DNA of 64,000 bases. Origin: Phoronis australis. Lineage: Eukaryota > Animalia > Phoronida. Made by a program: the position numbers and the translations under genes. Of the stretch, positions 10,745 to 22,736 are shown in pieces; positions within the stretch are counted from its first letter, which is position 1, and each line of letters begins with the position of its first letter. The notes beneath the pieces were generated by a model. That model saw nothing but the letters and a program-made list of their open reading frames with translations. It did no database searches and was not told the origin of the DNA. Location of the stretch: NCBI GenBank assembly GCA_002633005.1, contig NMRA01000005.1, positions 1,471,635 to 1,535,634 on the forward strand. Direction: 5' to 3'.

Positions 10745-12635
10745 AAGCCAGGCGCTTTATTTTAATTTTTTATAACGATAGCGACAAATCGAGGTCAGCA
10801 CGGGACACGAGCGGAATATCTTGAGATAATGTGGTAAAACGATTAAGACAAAGGAATTGTCAATAAGTTATGTGGTATTTACCAAAATTTAACAGGCTCC
10901 GCTCAAAGAAAACATATTTATGACCCAGCACCATGCACAAAACGAGTCTTGAAGTAGGGATTTGTCATTTTTGTAATTGTTATTCTTTTCTAAAAATACA
11001 GTATTTTCTGATTATCTTGATGAATTCAACATCTCCTTACCTTAAACAACTGGCCGAGTTATTGCCATTTCTATTCTGGGAAAATGAAAATTTAGAGCTA
11101 AATAAAACAAAAATTTAGGAAAATGGCCGAGAAAAAGAGATCTTAGTGTCTTTATAATTTCCGTAGCAACCTGCAATTGAGTTCTATATTTCAGACGTAT
11201 TAGTTTACAAAATAACATAAAAAATCTAATCAAAAATTAGAAAAAATTATTGACTTTATTACGTAATTGCGTCCATTTTCGAAAATGGCCTCCATTAAAT
11301 GGAAATGTATTGCCGATGGCCGCCATATAAATGGGATTCATGGTTAGAAAAAAGAATAAGTTTTTAAAAAACAGTTGAAACTAATCGCAAGACACCATGA
11401 CCCAGTTAAGAAATATAATGTTAAAATGTGTTGCCAGGGGAACTCGTAATTCAAAATGGCCGCCGTCAAATTTAAATGACTGCAGAAATGCAGTTAACCA
11501 ATTGCCAGTTGGTACAACTATTCAACAGGCATGTTCTTCACACCAAAATGAGAACTGGTGAAGTATCAATATAATTACACATTGTCATGGTGAATAATTC
11601 AAGATGGCTGTCACTGAAGTGTAATGACCATTCGAAAGAGTTTTTGAGGGATTTGTAAGCAACTGTTAGACCTGAAAACAAAACGAAAACACCAAGCGTG
11701 CTACATGAGAACAGCATATAAGTACAGGACAGGTCAATTGACTAAACACTAGCACAAAGTAAGTTCCTTAATTCACAATTTAATGAAAAACTACTGTCGA
11801 GCTTAAGATGAAATCACCAAATATAGGCCTACTGTTTCAAGTAACTAACTCTGCCTGTGGCATGACCGAAAGTCTCAAAAAATAATTTCATCCTCATGGA
11901 ACAGGCCCCAAGAAAGGAGAAATATTCAGGTAGCACTTAGGAGTTAGGGTGCAGCCACGGGTATTTTTTTAGGCTGCAGCCACGGGAATTTTGTAGTGTC
12001 TAGAATTTAAATAAAGGGCCTGTGTCAGGTTTTACGGCTGTTTTAAGAAATGTTTTGAAAACAACTTCAAGGAAACTGGTATGGTTGTGCTTTTGAATGG
12101 GAAAAGCCACGTCTTTTATACGTGACCTTCTTTTGATGCAAAATGGCTGATGTAGTTTGCTTTCAACCCCTGTCGCCTGCTGTCTCAGAAACCGGGTGCG
12201 ATTTCAGATGGCTACCAAACAAATCAAAATTGCCAAAAAACAGCTGTTAACGGGTGTACTGCGACCATATTTTTAGAGTCTAGATTGAACGGACATTCTG
12301 GATCTGTAGTCAGATTTTTTCTAGCACTTGCAGAGAAGTGGTAATTTTGGGGAGAAAAATGTCAAATTTGGAGTTTTTTGGTCCTATTTTTTATGCCGGG
12401 ATATTTTCCGCTGTGAATTAAACGATAAAAATCTGTAGCATAGCCTAATAAGTTTCAGTTATCATGAGTAGTGCTTGTGAGTTGGGAATTCAACAAAACC
12501 CTTTGTTTTTTCAGACTCGTGAAAAGGACACGAGGGAAGGACTCATCTCCACTTAGGTGTGCGTGGGAAGTCAAAATTCTGAAATAACTGTAGTGTACAT
12601 GTACCTCCTCATGATAGGCTACTGCATGTAACCAA

Positions 12636-15354
12636 TAGTCGGTGGGCCAGATCTCATAGCATTCATCCTTGTGAGCACTTTGGGGGGCAACCTAGTTTTT
12701 TCTATGTGGCTAGATAATATACATATAAATCAAATTCCAAAAAGCTCCCACGTCTACACTTGCACATTTTTTTTGAAAAAAGGTGTTTTTGATACACGAA
12801 ATATTATGCACATTCCTGCCACTTGGTGGCGCTTTTCTATTGAATTGACCAATCAGAGAGCCAGACTGTATTGTTGTGCTTAGTTACTGCAATATGGCTG
12901 CTCCCATGGAGTGTGATGCCTGTATAATTCAAGGTTTATCAAACAGTACAATATTGTGATGCCAGAACCCGAAGAAGCTTAGAGAAGCATCCTGATCACC
13001 AGTTATTTTTTTAACTTGTTCAGCCCCTTGGCTGCCTATAGGCCTTAGACAATACTGCCGACCTAGTAGAGACGGTGTTCATACCATAGGTACTCCATAT
13101 GCCGGATGCTTTTCGGCAAATTATGCATCACACTGGTTAAATCAGAAGTCATGTTGCTGTAAGTTTAGAAGTACCGTGTAGAGAGATTCCTCTGAGGAGG
13201 CCGTTAATGTTTTCATTTGTTCCCAGTTCAAACAAATACTCCTGCAATCCTGTTTTTTGAACACTCCCTTGTTCAGTTGCCACATCGACACGGCTTGCGC
13301 CAGGGGATCATCGTATGACGTTATACTGTGGGTGTGATTTTAAGCACTTTAAGTCAAAAATTTTTGAGAAGGTTCAATGGAGTAGATGTTTGCAATGAAC
13401 ATGCCCAAGTGGCCGTCATCCCCTGCCGTAATCCTGGGATAGGGGAACCTCTTCTCAATTTTTTGTAAACATCAACTACTTAGGTAGCTGCAATGGTAAT
13501 TAAATTAAAGAACCTAAGTGACCAGTGTCCCCGTCGTAATTTGAGGACAGTGGAAGCCACTGTCCATTTCGTCAAACGTTGGTTACCTTAAGTATAAATC
13601 GATTGACTATGGTATGAGCATCTGATTTAAAAAATATATATTTCGATGACTGCACTGGTATATTAGCTGATTTATTTTCAGTTGCATCAAGTAATCTAGT
13701 TATTAGACGGTCAACATTTTTAGGTGACAGATCAGACGACATGTAAATTTGTTAGGCTGGTGGTGGATCAGTTCCTGATAAGTCCGACTGAAAAATTTGC
13801 ATGCCAACTCACTCATAGTTAAATGTTAAATTAGTGTTAACAGTTCAGTTTTTTTCAGTTGGACTTGTATCATAAGCAACAGCTCAGTCCAGTGCTCTGA
13901 ATATGCAAATGAAATTCAAAGATAAAGACCTTGTGTCTTAGAAGCCAAGTACCACAGAACAGATCATCATGCTATAAAAAATAGAAAGACAAAGATTGTG
14001 AAGAGTGACGAATCCACAGTTTTCAGTTATGTTTTTCTGTGGAGTTCATTGAATCAAAGCTTCTAACACATGGGGATGTCATTTGCCTTTCAAAACTAAA
14101 GCAAGACTTTGAAGCTGGTGTGCATGAAGTTATTTGGACAGGCAATCTTAAGAAACGACTGTTAAGCTACTCACTGTTGTAGTTTGTGCCCGACTAAGAG
14201 ATAAGAAAGTGAATTAAGGCTAGTGTTCAACAATTCACTTGCTGACTCAACCCATTATAACATATTTTGAATCAAACGTTTGCCCAAATCCTGCCCGCCT
14301 CCAAAAAAGGACTCAGTGTTTGACCCATCATTGCATGCGGGCCAATCACCAGTATGCAGTGCTGTAGCCTCTCTAATCGACCATAGTTGGATCATTGGCG
14401 GTGGAGCTTTGCAGTTAAAAATGTATGGCTACGTCCGCAGTTCCATTGACAGTACTAAATGATGAACGCTGCAAATGCAAAAAGAACATTTGTGCTGGGA
14501 AACTGAGTTTGTGCTGCAATGCTGGGTCAAACTGTACAGAAACGTGCAACTGTGACAACTGTAACATCAGCAACACTGACTTCATAACATTGGATAGTTC
14601 TTTGACAAGTCAACTCTAAATAGACCTCCAACCCCATTATTTCGTGTTTTTTGTATTAAAAGTGAATTTTATTTGTTGGTTAAGTCATAGAAATTACATA
14701 CTTTGATCATTGTCTCGTATTTGTCTCATACTGCTTGATAAACGCTGTCAGAATAATCTATTATTTTCATACAGTCTGTGTGCACATTCACAGAGACCAT
14801 TCAACTAGATTGTATTTGTACTATAACGTATTTCTGGTGTATTATGCAAACAAGCTATATTTTACACCATTAGTCAATGGTTCAGACATTGAAGCACAAA
14901 TTCTGCCCAGTCTCAAGTGTTTTGTGTTACTTTTTGTTGCCTGACAATGCCAGAAAAACCTCCATATAACATTCAGACTTAGTATGCATTTCTGCCACTA
15001 GGTGTCACTTCACATTTTTAAATTTCACTGTTTACAATTAGTCTACAATAGTAAAACATGTAATGTGAGTGTATTATTGTTCAACACAATGACATGGATG
15101 GGACCATATTACTTGTTTTACAAAAAAGATAGCAAAAACTGTTGTTTTTACAAATATAAGTTCTCTAACTGGTGGTTATTATGCAACTTCAAACTCAAAT
15201 TTCTCGAAAAATGTGCAACTTTATATGTGGGAACTTTTTACATTTTGAAAAAACTCTAGCAAATGAATTAAAAAACACCAAAATAAAATTGCCCTCCTAA
15301 AGTACTCACAAAAACCATTTTCTAGAAGGCCTACAAATTCTGGCCCACCGCCTA
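12636..15354 (+). mobile_element. Degenerate Academ DNA transposon
   Basis: TAG...CTA termini with TIR TAG(T/G)CGGTGGGCCAGA; flanks CAA/CAG are a near 3-bp TSD. Cys-rich remnant RCKCKKNIC...CCNAGSNCTETCNCDNCN at 14467-14566 resembles the Academ transposase C-terminus. Confidence 0.65.
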
Positions 15355-16116
15355 CAGCTGGGTCAATAAATTCCCCAGCTAATGTAAAAAGGATCAGTCC
15401 ACTTGTGGCAGGAGGGGTTACCGCAAGTATAACAAGGTTAAGTTAAAGTGTAATTTGGCGAAGTTTGATAAAAAAAGTTCAATCGATTACAAAATAAACA
15501 TTCGTGGCTGACTCTTGTTTACAGTAATTCAAAATTCTACGTTTGTATCAGTAATTTTGAAAATAAAATTACAATGAGTCATCCCTATCCATATTCTTCA
15601 CTGACAACTGCAGAGCAACGATTTCACCTCGGCATCAAATTGCGTGATGCAACACGGTCGAAGATCGTTCTCCCTTGCAGTAACTTTTAGTTGCTTGTAC
15701 CCAGATCCATTGGCTTTGCAAGAAAGAGACTCATCATGCAACGAGTTGCTGTCATCAGACAACGACTCCTCAGTCCGTGACGTCAGAGTCGTGAGTCTTG
15801 GCAAATTTTGATGAAAATTTCTCGAGCTATCCAGTCATGGAGAAGGTCATGTTTTCAAAATGAGATAAAGAATGTTTGAAATGAAGTATGCTTGCATCAA
15901 AGCCGTGTTTTGTGACGTATAATCAATGAATAATCCTAATCTACAATTAAGATAAATAAATATTTGACCTAATTTTCACCCAAGGCGACTGTTTGCATAC
16001 CGGTCAGGTAAGGAGATATGACTCTCGACATAAGACTCGTTTTAACGTGCTGGGCACATTTGAAGTCAATGAATCGTTACGTTGTGTTTTTTCAAGATAT
16101 TCAAACGTAGTCTTAC

Positions 16117-16279
16117 ACATATGCAAAATAAGAATTAGTCCAAACGTGAAGTCAGGATCTGTCGGTTTGAATACAGCGGCGACGTTGTAGATGGTCATGA
16201 CCAGTGCGCCTGACAGACTCAGTAGAGAAATAACAAGAAATGCTATCTCTAGTTTGGTCACGGCGCCCCATTTTCTTGT
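16117..16279 (-). CDS. Copy A exon 2 (TRKWGAVTKLEIAFLVISLLSLSGALVMTIYNVAAVFKPTDPDFTFGLILILHM)
   Basis: Acceptor TTTCATTTCAG, donor T|GTAAGA. 163 nt, phase 0 in and 1 out. Paralogous exon at 37845-38007. Confidence 0.9.
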
Positions 16280-17963
16280 CTGAAATGAAAATAAACGGAT
16301 AAGTCGAACAACTACAGGTACAATTTAATTATTTACTCAGTTCCGTCGGCAAATACTTTCAATGGTGATGGAAACATGAAAACGTTACAAGGCCGACTCG
16401 GTTGAGTTACACTTTTCCAAAAAAGTCATTATCTCAAGCAACAATTTAAAAAACGATGATTTTTTTTCAGTACATATCACGAGACTTCGAAAAATCTCGC
16501 ATACTGTTAAAATTACAACGTTGGGAAATATAAATTACGCCTTGTGATGACTTTGTGAGCCCAAAAATCTTCGGCATTCTCCATAAGCTCTTGGTAGAAA
16601 ATCCTCTACAGCCAAGCTCCACAGGAATGTTGTGAAACTTGTACCCAGTGTCTGTGCAGTCATGTATCAGACCTAGATACTTCAGTGTCTTGCTCTTAGC
16701 TTCGTCGACTATCGTCTCCCGTGGAACCGTTAGCTCTACTCTGGCCAATTCCCTCAAGCTGTCTGGCCATAAAACCAGGCTTCGTTGATGTCACTTTGTG
16801 TTGGAAAACTGGTCGTCTTCACAGGTCAACCGTCATATCTTCCAGATGATGGACTTGTGAAATAAAACCCTGGAGCTGAGTTCCTCTTCCACTGTTGCTC
16901 CTCTTCTCTGCTCTCTTTTCAATGTCCAGAACATGTGAAAAGGCTTTCAGCACTTGGTTATACCGCCAGGTACACTTTCTCTCCGCTAGTGCGGCTTGGA
17001 ACGCCGACAATATGTGCTACAAAGTTCCTGGTTTCCCGCAGCTAGCACATCTGTAGTCTTCAGCTTGCACAGAATCAAATTCCTCGGCGTGCTAAATTGA
17101 TCACACACTGCTCTAAGCACAAAGCTGAATCTCTGACTTTGTGATGACAACAGATCCTTTGGAGTGATCTTCTTTCTCAAACAGCCATCCCACGTCGTCC
17201 ATTCGCCCTGCTTCTTTAAGCCCACCACTTTAGCACCCCTCCTCTTTTCCTCAGCAATGCGTATCTCCTGGAGCACCATATCTCTCGCCGGCCATTTCGT
17301 CGTGAAATCTCCAGCAGTGAATCTCATCCGTACGCTCTGAAAGTAGTTGCCAATTAACAGTTGAACTTTCTCTGGTCTGTAATACGTCCTCATGGCTAAG
17401 TCCGTCAACAGATGGGGCATAGATCGGTAGGCGTCCAGCCATATGATCGCCAAATCGTTAGTCTGTCGCTTGTATTCTCTGATGAGTTACGAAAGCATGC
17501 TTGAGTGTTCTGTACCGTCAGAGTAACATGGAGTCCCTCCTAACTGCACATGGGGGTTCATATACTCATTTCCCAACGCCTATGCTGTCATCCGTAGCGA
17601 CACTATGGCAAAGAAAATCTTGCTGTCTATGCAGAGAACAGAAATCGATCGAAAGTCCCCTGTTGTCTTTGCTGCTGCTCTCTTCAGGATGAAACAACCC
17701 TCGACCCTGCTACACCCGGTTGGGAGAGTACCAGATTTCCAAATTGTCCTCAATAGCTTCTAAAGTTTTCTCAACAAGAGTAGGCAATGCTTGTACACTT
17801 TGCAGGAGAATCCTGAAGGAGCAGTGTTTAGTTTCTAACCATTCCCTGCTCTTCAGATAACTTCATCTCTCCCATTTCAAAGAGCACTTACGGTCGGTTC
17901 ACCATAGTCATCCAGTCGAGCGTTCTGAGTCGCTTTGCACCTTCTTCAGATGAGCCTCTAGTT

Positions 17964-18140
17964 TTTGTTTATGGACATTTATTTCTAAATACATTAAGAT
18001 ATTGCAACAATGGGTTATATGCAAATGAAACACAGGCACACAGACACACAGACAGACAGACAGACAGACAGGCAGACAGACAGACATACAGACAGACAGA
18101 CAGACAGACAGACACACACACACACACACACACACANACA

Positions 18141-18201
<61 letters not shown>

Positions 18202-19896
18202 GCACACTGTTTTACGGAGTTGTAAATTTCTTACTTAACAATAATTACACAACAAGCATTAAAATTGTGAATGTCTAGGAATAATCTGGTCTCTAGAGCA
18301 TTTATGAATGAGATACTGACAAATAGTTAATATGGTATTAATATCTTCAAAATTACATCCAAAATATGCTGTCAAAATAACATTATTATCTAAGATTAAA
18401 TCGTGCTGTGCAGTTACATGAATTAAAAGTATATGAATTTCACACCACAAAATTTTTACAGAACCACATTCCACGAACATGTGGTTAAAAGCTTCAACAG
18501 TTCCACCAGATGCACACTTGTCATCAATGAATTTAGAAATATTTAAAGGTTTTAACATAAGGAGACCTAGGTAACAAAAGTTTGTGTGGAAAAACATAAA
18601 TTTGTTTTATTCGTTGTCTAGAGTAAATATCAGTTAAGCTGTACTCTGCATCAAGAGGCAAAACAATTTTGGAAAGCAAAATATTTCTAGAAAACACAGT
18701 AGTAATTTCTCTGTATCAGAGAGTATTTATACATTTTGACCTGGAAGGCTCAGCAACTTAATCGCAAGTCTCAAAGCAACATAATGAATCCAATTTGAAA
18801 GCTTATATCTATCTTTCAAAACCTCCCATGTCGGAAATTTATTTTCAAAATTCATAAGATCCTTCACAAAAACAATACCAACCTTAAAAACTATTAAAGA
18901 ATATAGTCCTCCCATTAATCAATATGTTTTTGTTATTGCACACTATTTGGTTTACAATTGTTATGTCCTTATGTAAATGAGCAATAATTTCTTCTCAAAC
19001 AATGGAGATGCCATGATAGAAGGTATCAATATTTGCAAGAGACAGCAAATTGCAATCATACTTTGATTTAAAGATCAGACTACCTCAATATGTTTTGAAA
19101 ACATGCATTGGAAACACTTTAAAAATTTCATTGTTTCCATCTAAAAAAACGCGTAACCCACTTAACTAGTAATGACGTGTCCAGAATATTTATACCAGGA
19201 ACTAACAAATTACCATTTTCATGGCAATTTACTTCCAATTTTTTCTAATTCTGGGTGGTTTACTTTATCAAACAATTTTTATTATAGTATTTATCTTAGC
19301 TCTACGTTCGCTGTCAATCCCTAGATTGCTAATAACATAAATTAATTGCCTGAATTTTTGTCATGAAGAAATAACTTATTGTCATCTGCATACTGGAGAA
19401 TTTTAACTTCAGTTTTCTCAACATATACATGTATGCCTTTAATTAAATTATAATTCCGTATATAATTAGCCATAAGTTCAACAGCTAGGCAAAATAATGA
19501 ACCCGACAATGAATCAAATTGTCTTACACCCCTTTCTAAACGAAAATAACCTGTAGTAAAACCTTTATTGAAAACACAAGCAGTTGGTTTATTGTAAATT
19601 ATTTATACCCATCTTGTAAAACCCTGTCCAAAATTAAGAGCCTTCAAAGGTTTAAAAAATAAAGTCCCATTTTATTGTATCATACGCCTTGTGAAAGTTC
19701 AAAAATAGATCGTGTCCTTGACCATGAGTAATGTTTGTATAAGAAATTATATCCTGAATGATACAAATATTATATCCTATACATCGTCCTTTAACAGCTG
19801 TTTGACCTGGGTGAACCAGTTTTTTCCCATAATATTATTTATGCGGGTTGTAAGAACTTTTGTAATTATTTTATAATCAGTATTCAATAAAGATAT
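17964..19896 (-). mobile_element. 5'-truncated L1/Tx1-type LINE with 14-bp TSD
   Basis: TSD ATGAGCCTCTAGTT at 17950-17963 and 19897-19910. Starts at ISLLNTDYKIITKVL, includes RGVRQ, LQYADD and C-terminal HMFVEC. Minus-strand AATAAA near 17978-17983 followed by a short A-rich tail. Confidence 0.85.
18030..18207. repeat. Compound microsatellite (GACA)n(CA)n in the L1 3' region
   Basis: Directly visible; one N at 18137. Confidence 0.98.
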
Positions 19897-20246
19897 ATGA
19901 GCCTCTAGTTCTTCTCTTGTGGCTTCCATCTTTCCATTAACCACCCTACCCAGTAGCTGTTTCACAAAACCATACGGGCTAAGACTACAATAGTGTGTTT
20001 GTCGGCAGGTGTCGCTTTTAAAATAATTTTTAACCCTTTTTTCAACTTACTTCATAATATTTATCACTTTTCTTATCTAATAACAGTTTTGCTTAGTGTT
20101 GCTGGTTTTTAAATAATGGTTTTCTGTGCCAAATTCTGCAAAATGTCATTTTTTATGTCAAATTTCTCGAAAACGTGTAAGCCAAACCTGGGAACTGTTT
20201 AGATTCTTTAAGTATATCATTTAATGACACCAAAACCATAAAATTA

Positions 20247-20632
20247 AGTGCCGTTTAGACATCAACTTTTGGCCCGGCGCAACTGACACGGAGCAAATTG
20301 ACCCGTGTCAAGCGGCCGTTTACAAACACAACTCACAAACCGTAGGGCAAGACGGAAATTGCAGGCTGGAGAGACTGGATCGCACATGCACAGGTTTACA
20401 TATGCCGGGAGTTGCAGAGACAAAGAACCCGTACGTAGGTCATTAGGCAAGCGCAGTAGAGATGATCCTTTCCGCCTTACTCCAATTTCGCGCAAATTGC
20501 TCTACCTCACAAACGGGTGGCAAAAATTTGTCACCGCGGTGTCAATTTGCTCCGTGTCAGTCCGTTTACACACTGGAACAACTCGTTCCGTGTCAGCTGA
20601 TCCGTGACAACTTTGTAAGTATAAACGGCACT
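20247..20632. mobile_element. PIF/Harbinger-type MITE
   Basis: TIRs AGTGCCGTTTA and TAAACGGCACT with TSD TTA (20244-20246, 20633-20635). Inner inverted repeat CTGACACGGAGCAAATTGAC vs GTCAATTTGCTCCGTGTCAG. Confidence 0.8.
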
Positions 20633-20654
20633 TTATGTTGCTCTCAAAAAATTG

Positions 20655-21200
20655 CCACGGCATTACGGCGTTTTCCCGTTGCTCCCAACTTGTTCGATTC
20701 TATAGCCCAACAGAGTTGGGAAGTTTACCCCTGTAGCCAATATCTTACACGACTGATTATATCCATTCTGGCATTTATGGTTGGAGGGCCAGCTCTCTTT
20801 TGTTCGATAACTGCTCTAATCTCTAATAAGATCGTATCTACCCTGATAAGGCTGTGCTGATAAAAATAAAAAAATTAAGTTATAACATATTTGAACATAA
20901 ACCAATAGCGTTTCTGAAATGTTCGTCAAATGGTGATCATGTTTAGTCTTTGAATCGCCAAAATAGTTCAACTGCAGCCGAAGTTACGACAATCTATTCT
21001 TTCCGAATACACCAATTCACTCTGAGTTTGACTGTGTTCACACGTGGTCTGTAATAAGCCTGGTAGATAATTGGCCTGCTTGTTGTCATAACAGACAAAA
21101 GAGTGCTTGGCAGTGAACAAAGAAGCTAGATGTTAACAAACGCTCAAACGTCCCTACGTCTGGTAAAGTCACTGAACGGGAAAACGCTGTCATGGAAGTG
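20655..21200 (-). repeat. Unclassified interspersed repeat, three copies (also 32095-32375 and 33815-34360, both +)
   Basis: Shared blocks such as GATTAGAGCAATTATCAAACAAAAGAGC...CCCTCCAACCATAAATGCCAGAATGGA and TTCCAGACGT...GAACGT. Confidence 0.7.
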
Positions 21201-21562
21201 ACTTTCTAGGCATTCTACAGTTGAATGGACAATGGTCTATTGTTATAAGATCGACTAGTCCCAGTCAATACCTCACAGGTAACGCGACAGCAGTTGTTTT
21301 CCTCCCTGAGTTTGATAAGCTCTTTCCTGTTTACCTTGTTACGTTCATTGTAAGCAGATGTTATAAAAATAACAAAACAAATACATGCATAGCACGTAGA
21401 TAGATTTGCAAAGTAACAAAACAAAGCTCACGACTTTCTTGCAATATCAAGCCATTGTAACGACAAACAATATAACCAACATGAATTGTAAGTTGTTTCT
21501 TTCACTTTCACTTTCACTTTCTCAAATCAGGCTTAGTTTTAAAATCAAGAGTTTCCACCAAC

Positions 21563-21661
21563 CTTTCCTAAAACCGTGTCCCGTATGCTTGGTCGTTTAG
21601 GAATTCCCAAGTCCTCAAAAGTAACGTGAGCAACCGCGATGTCAGACATTTCTGTAGACAT
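21563..21661 (-). CDS. Copy A first coding exon (MSTEMSDIAVAHVTFEDLGIPKRPSIRDTVLGK) of a ~315-330 aa, ~8-helix membrane protein (UPF0658/DUF7789-like)
   Basis: ATG in AAAATG context, donor AAG|GTTGGT, 99 nt, phase 0 matches exon 2. Same-length paralog at 38601-38699. The seven exons join into one open frame. The family name is recalled from motifs (ERPYEL, LIFRTVGA, LKLDLQ, NFGxGL), not searched. Confidence 0.8.
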
Positions 21662-22736
21662 TTTGATCCGTCGGTGTACTGGTGTCCACTGAAGCACAAA
21701 AAATGTGTTATTATCAACGAGTGCTCATGCGCTAACCCTACCCAGCACAGTACTTAGCGTTACGATGGAGTTGGTCAATGTCCTTGTGATAAGGAATAGT
21801 GCAATGCCAGTTGTTGTCATGCAGTGTTACGAGACTATGGGCATTGCTCTGCAATTTGCAGCTAAAAGCAGTCATGCCTGTAACATGATCGTCTCAGTTG
21901 TTTGTGTTTATTATACTTCTAATCAGCCCACGTGATGTAATTAATTAGACATGCCTTTGGCACAAGGCACTTTCGCAGAATTGACATTTCTAATATATGA
22001 ATCCCGTAATATTTTAAGTCTCATCCCTCTGGTTATTAAGTTTCACCTCCACAATAGCAAAATATTACAAGGCCACAAAAGCAAAGTGAGATCTGCTCTT
22101 TACCCCGAGACTTGTTTACATAGGCTAAACAATCGTCGGCCTGGAGCAAAGGTTTCGTGAAGAGCTGCTCAAAGGTACGTAAACAAGGCCAAGCAAGGTT
22201 CGAGACGTCATGCATGATTTGCCAGGCGATGAAAAAAATAAGAAAAATCTCTCACGTCTTTGTTCGTCTCAGGTGAAATTTTCTGAATAACTAAAAAATA
22301 CCGTGCCACCGAATAAACGTTCAAAAAACACAGATATCAGAATCATTATTCTTTCTTACGGCCTTATCTGTAAAACGACGTTCGTATATTGTAACCTAAT
22401 CTTGTGTCGTTTGATAGACAGCAAAGGATGTGACATTTTCACCTCTAACCTTTGTTCATCGTTTATCGAATTTCAGTCAAGGGAGTGGATTACCGGACGT
22501 ATCTCATTTTCACGAAAGACGTCGCTCTAGTCAGCTGGCGACTGGTCTTTCACGTATGACACTTCACTTTTACAGAAAATCGCAGAAACTGATGATGAGA
22601 TTAAATCTTGCAAGATGTTATCAGTTCATATAAACCGAGGAAAAACGGTTCGTTATTGTTGTAATTTGGATGAGTTTCGAAGCTTTTAGGATCACCTTCT
22701 TAAAAATGGTAATTATAATCCTTGTAGCTCATTTAA

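Larger units (their letters stand above)
16540..19990 (-). mobile_element. Decayed R2/HERO-type non-LTR retrotransposon (RT plus restriction-like endonuclease), interrupted by an L1
   Basis: Motifs in order on the minus strand: PYGFVKQLLG (19985-19950), LEAHL, IWLDAYRSMPH, KQGEWTTW, FVLRAVCDQ, TWRYNQVL, ELTVPRE...KY...PVELGCRGF. Many frameshifts. Confidence 0.8.

Noticed and set aside
10920-12400. A defined CACTA/EnSpm or Academ element
   Set aside because: It is repeat-like with AAAATGGC motifs, but I could not establish matching TIRs, a TSD or a coding remnant.
17908-18225. Cys/Val-rich and Thr/His-rich ORFs
   Set aside because: They are translations of the CA/GACA microsatellite.
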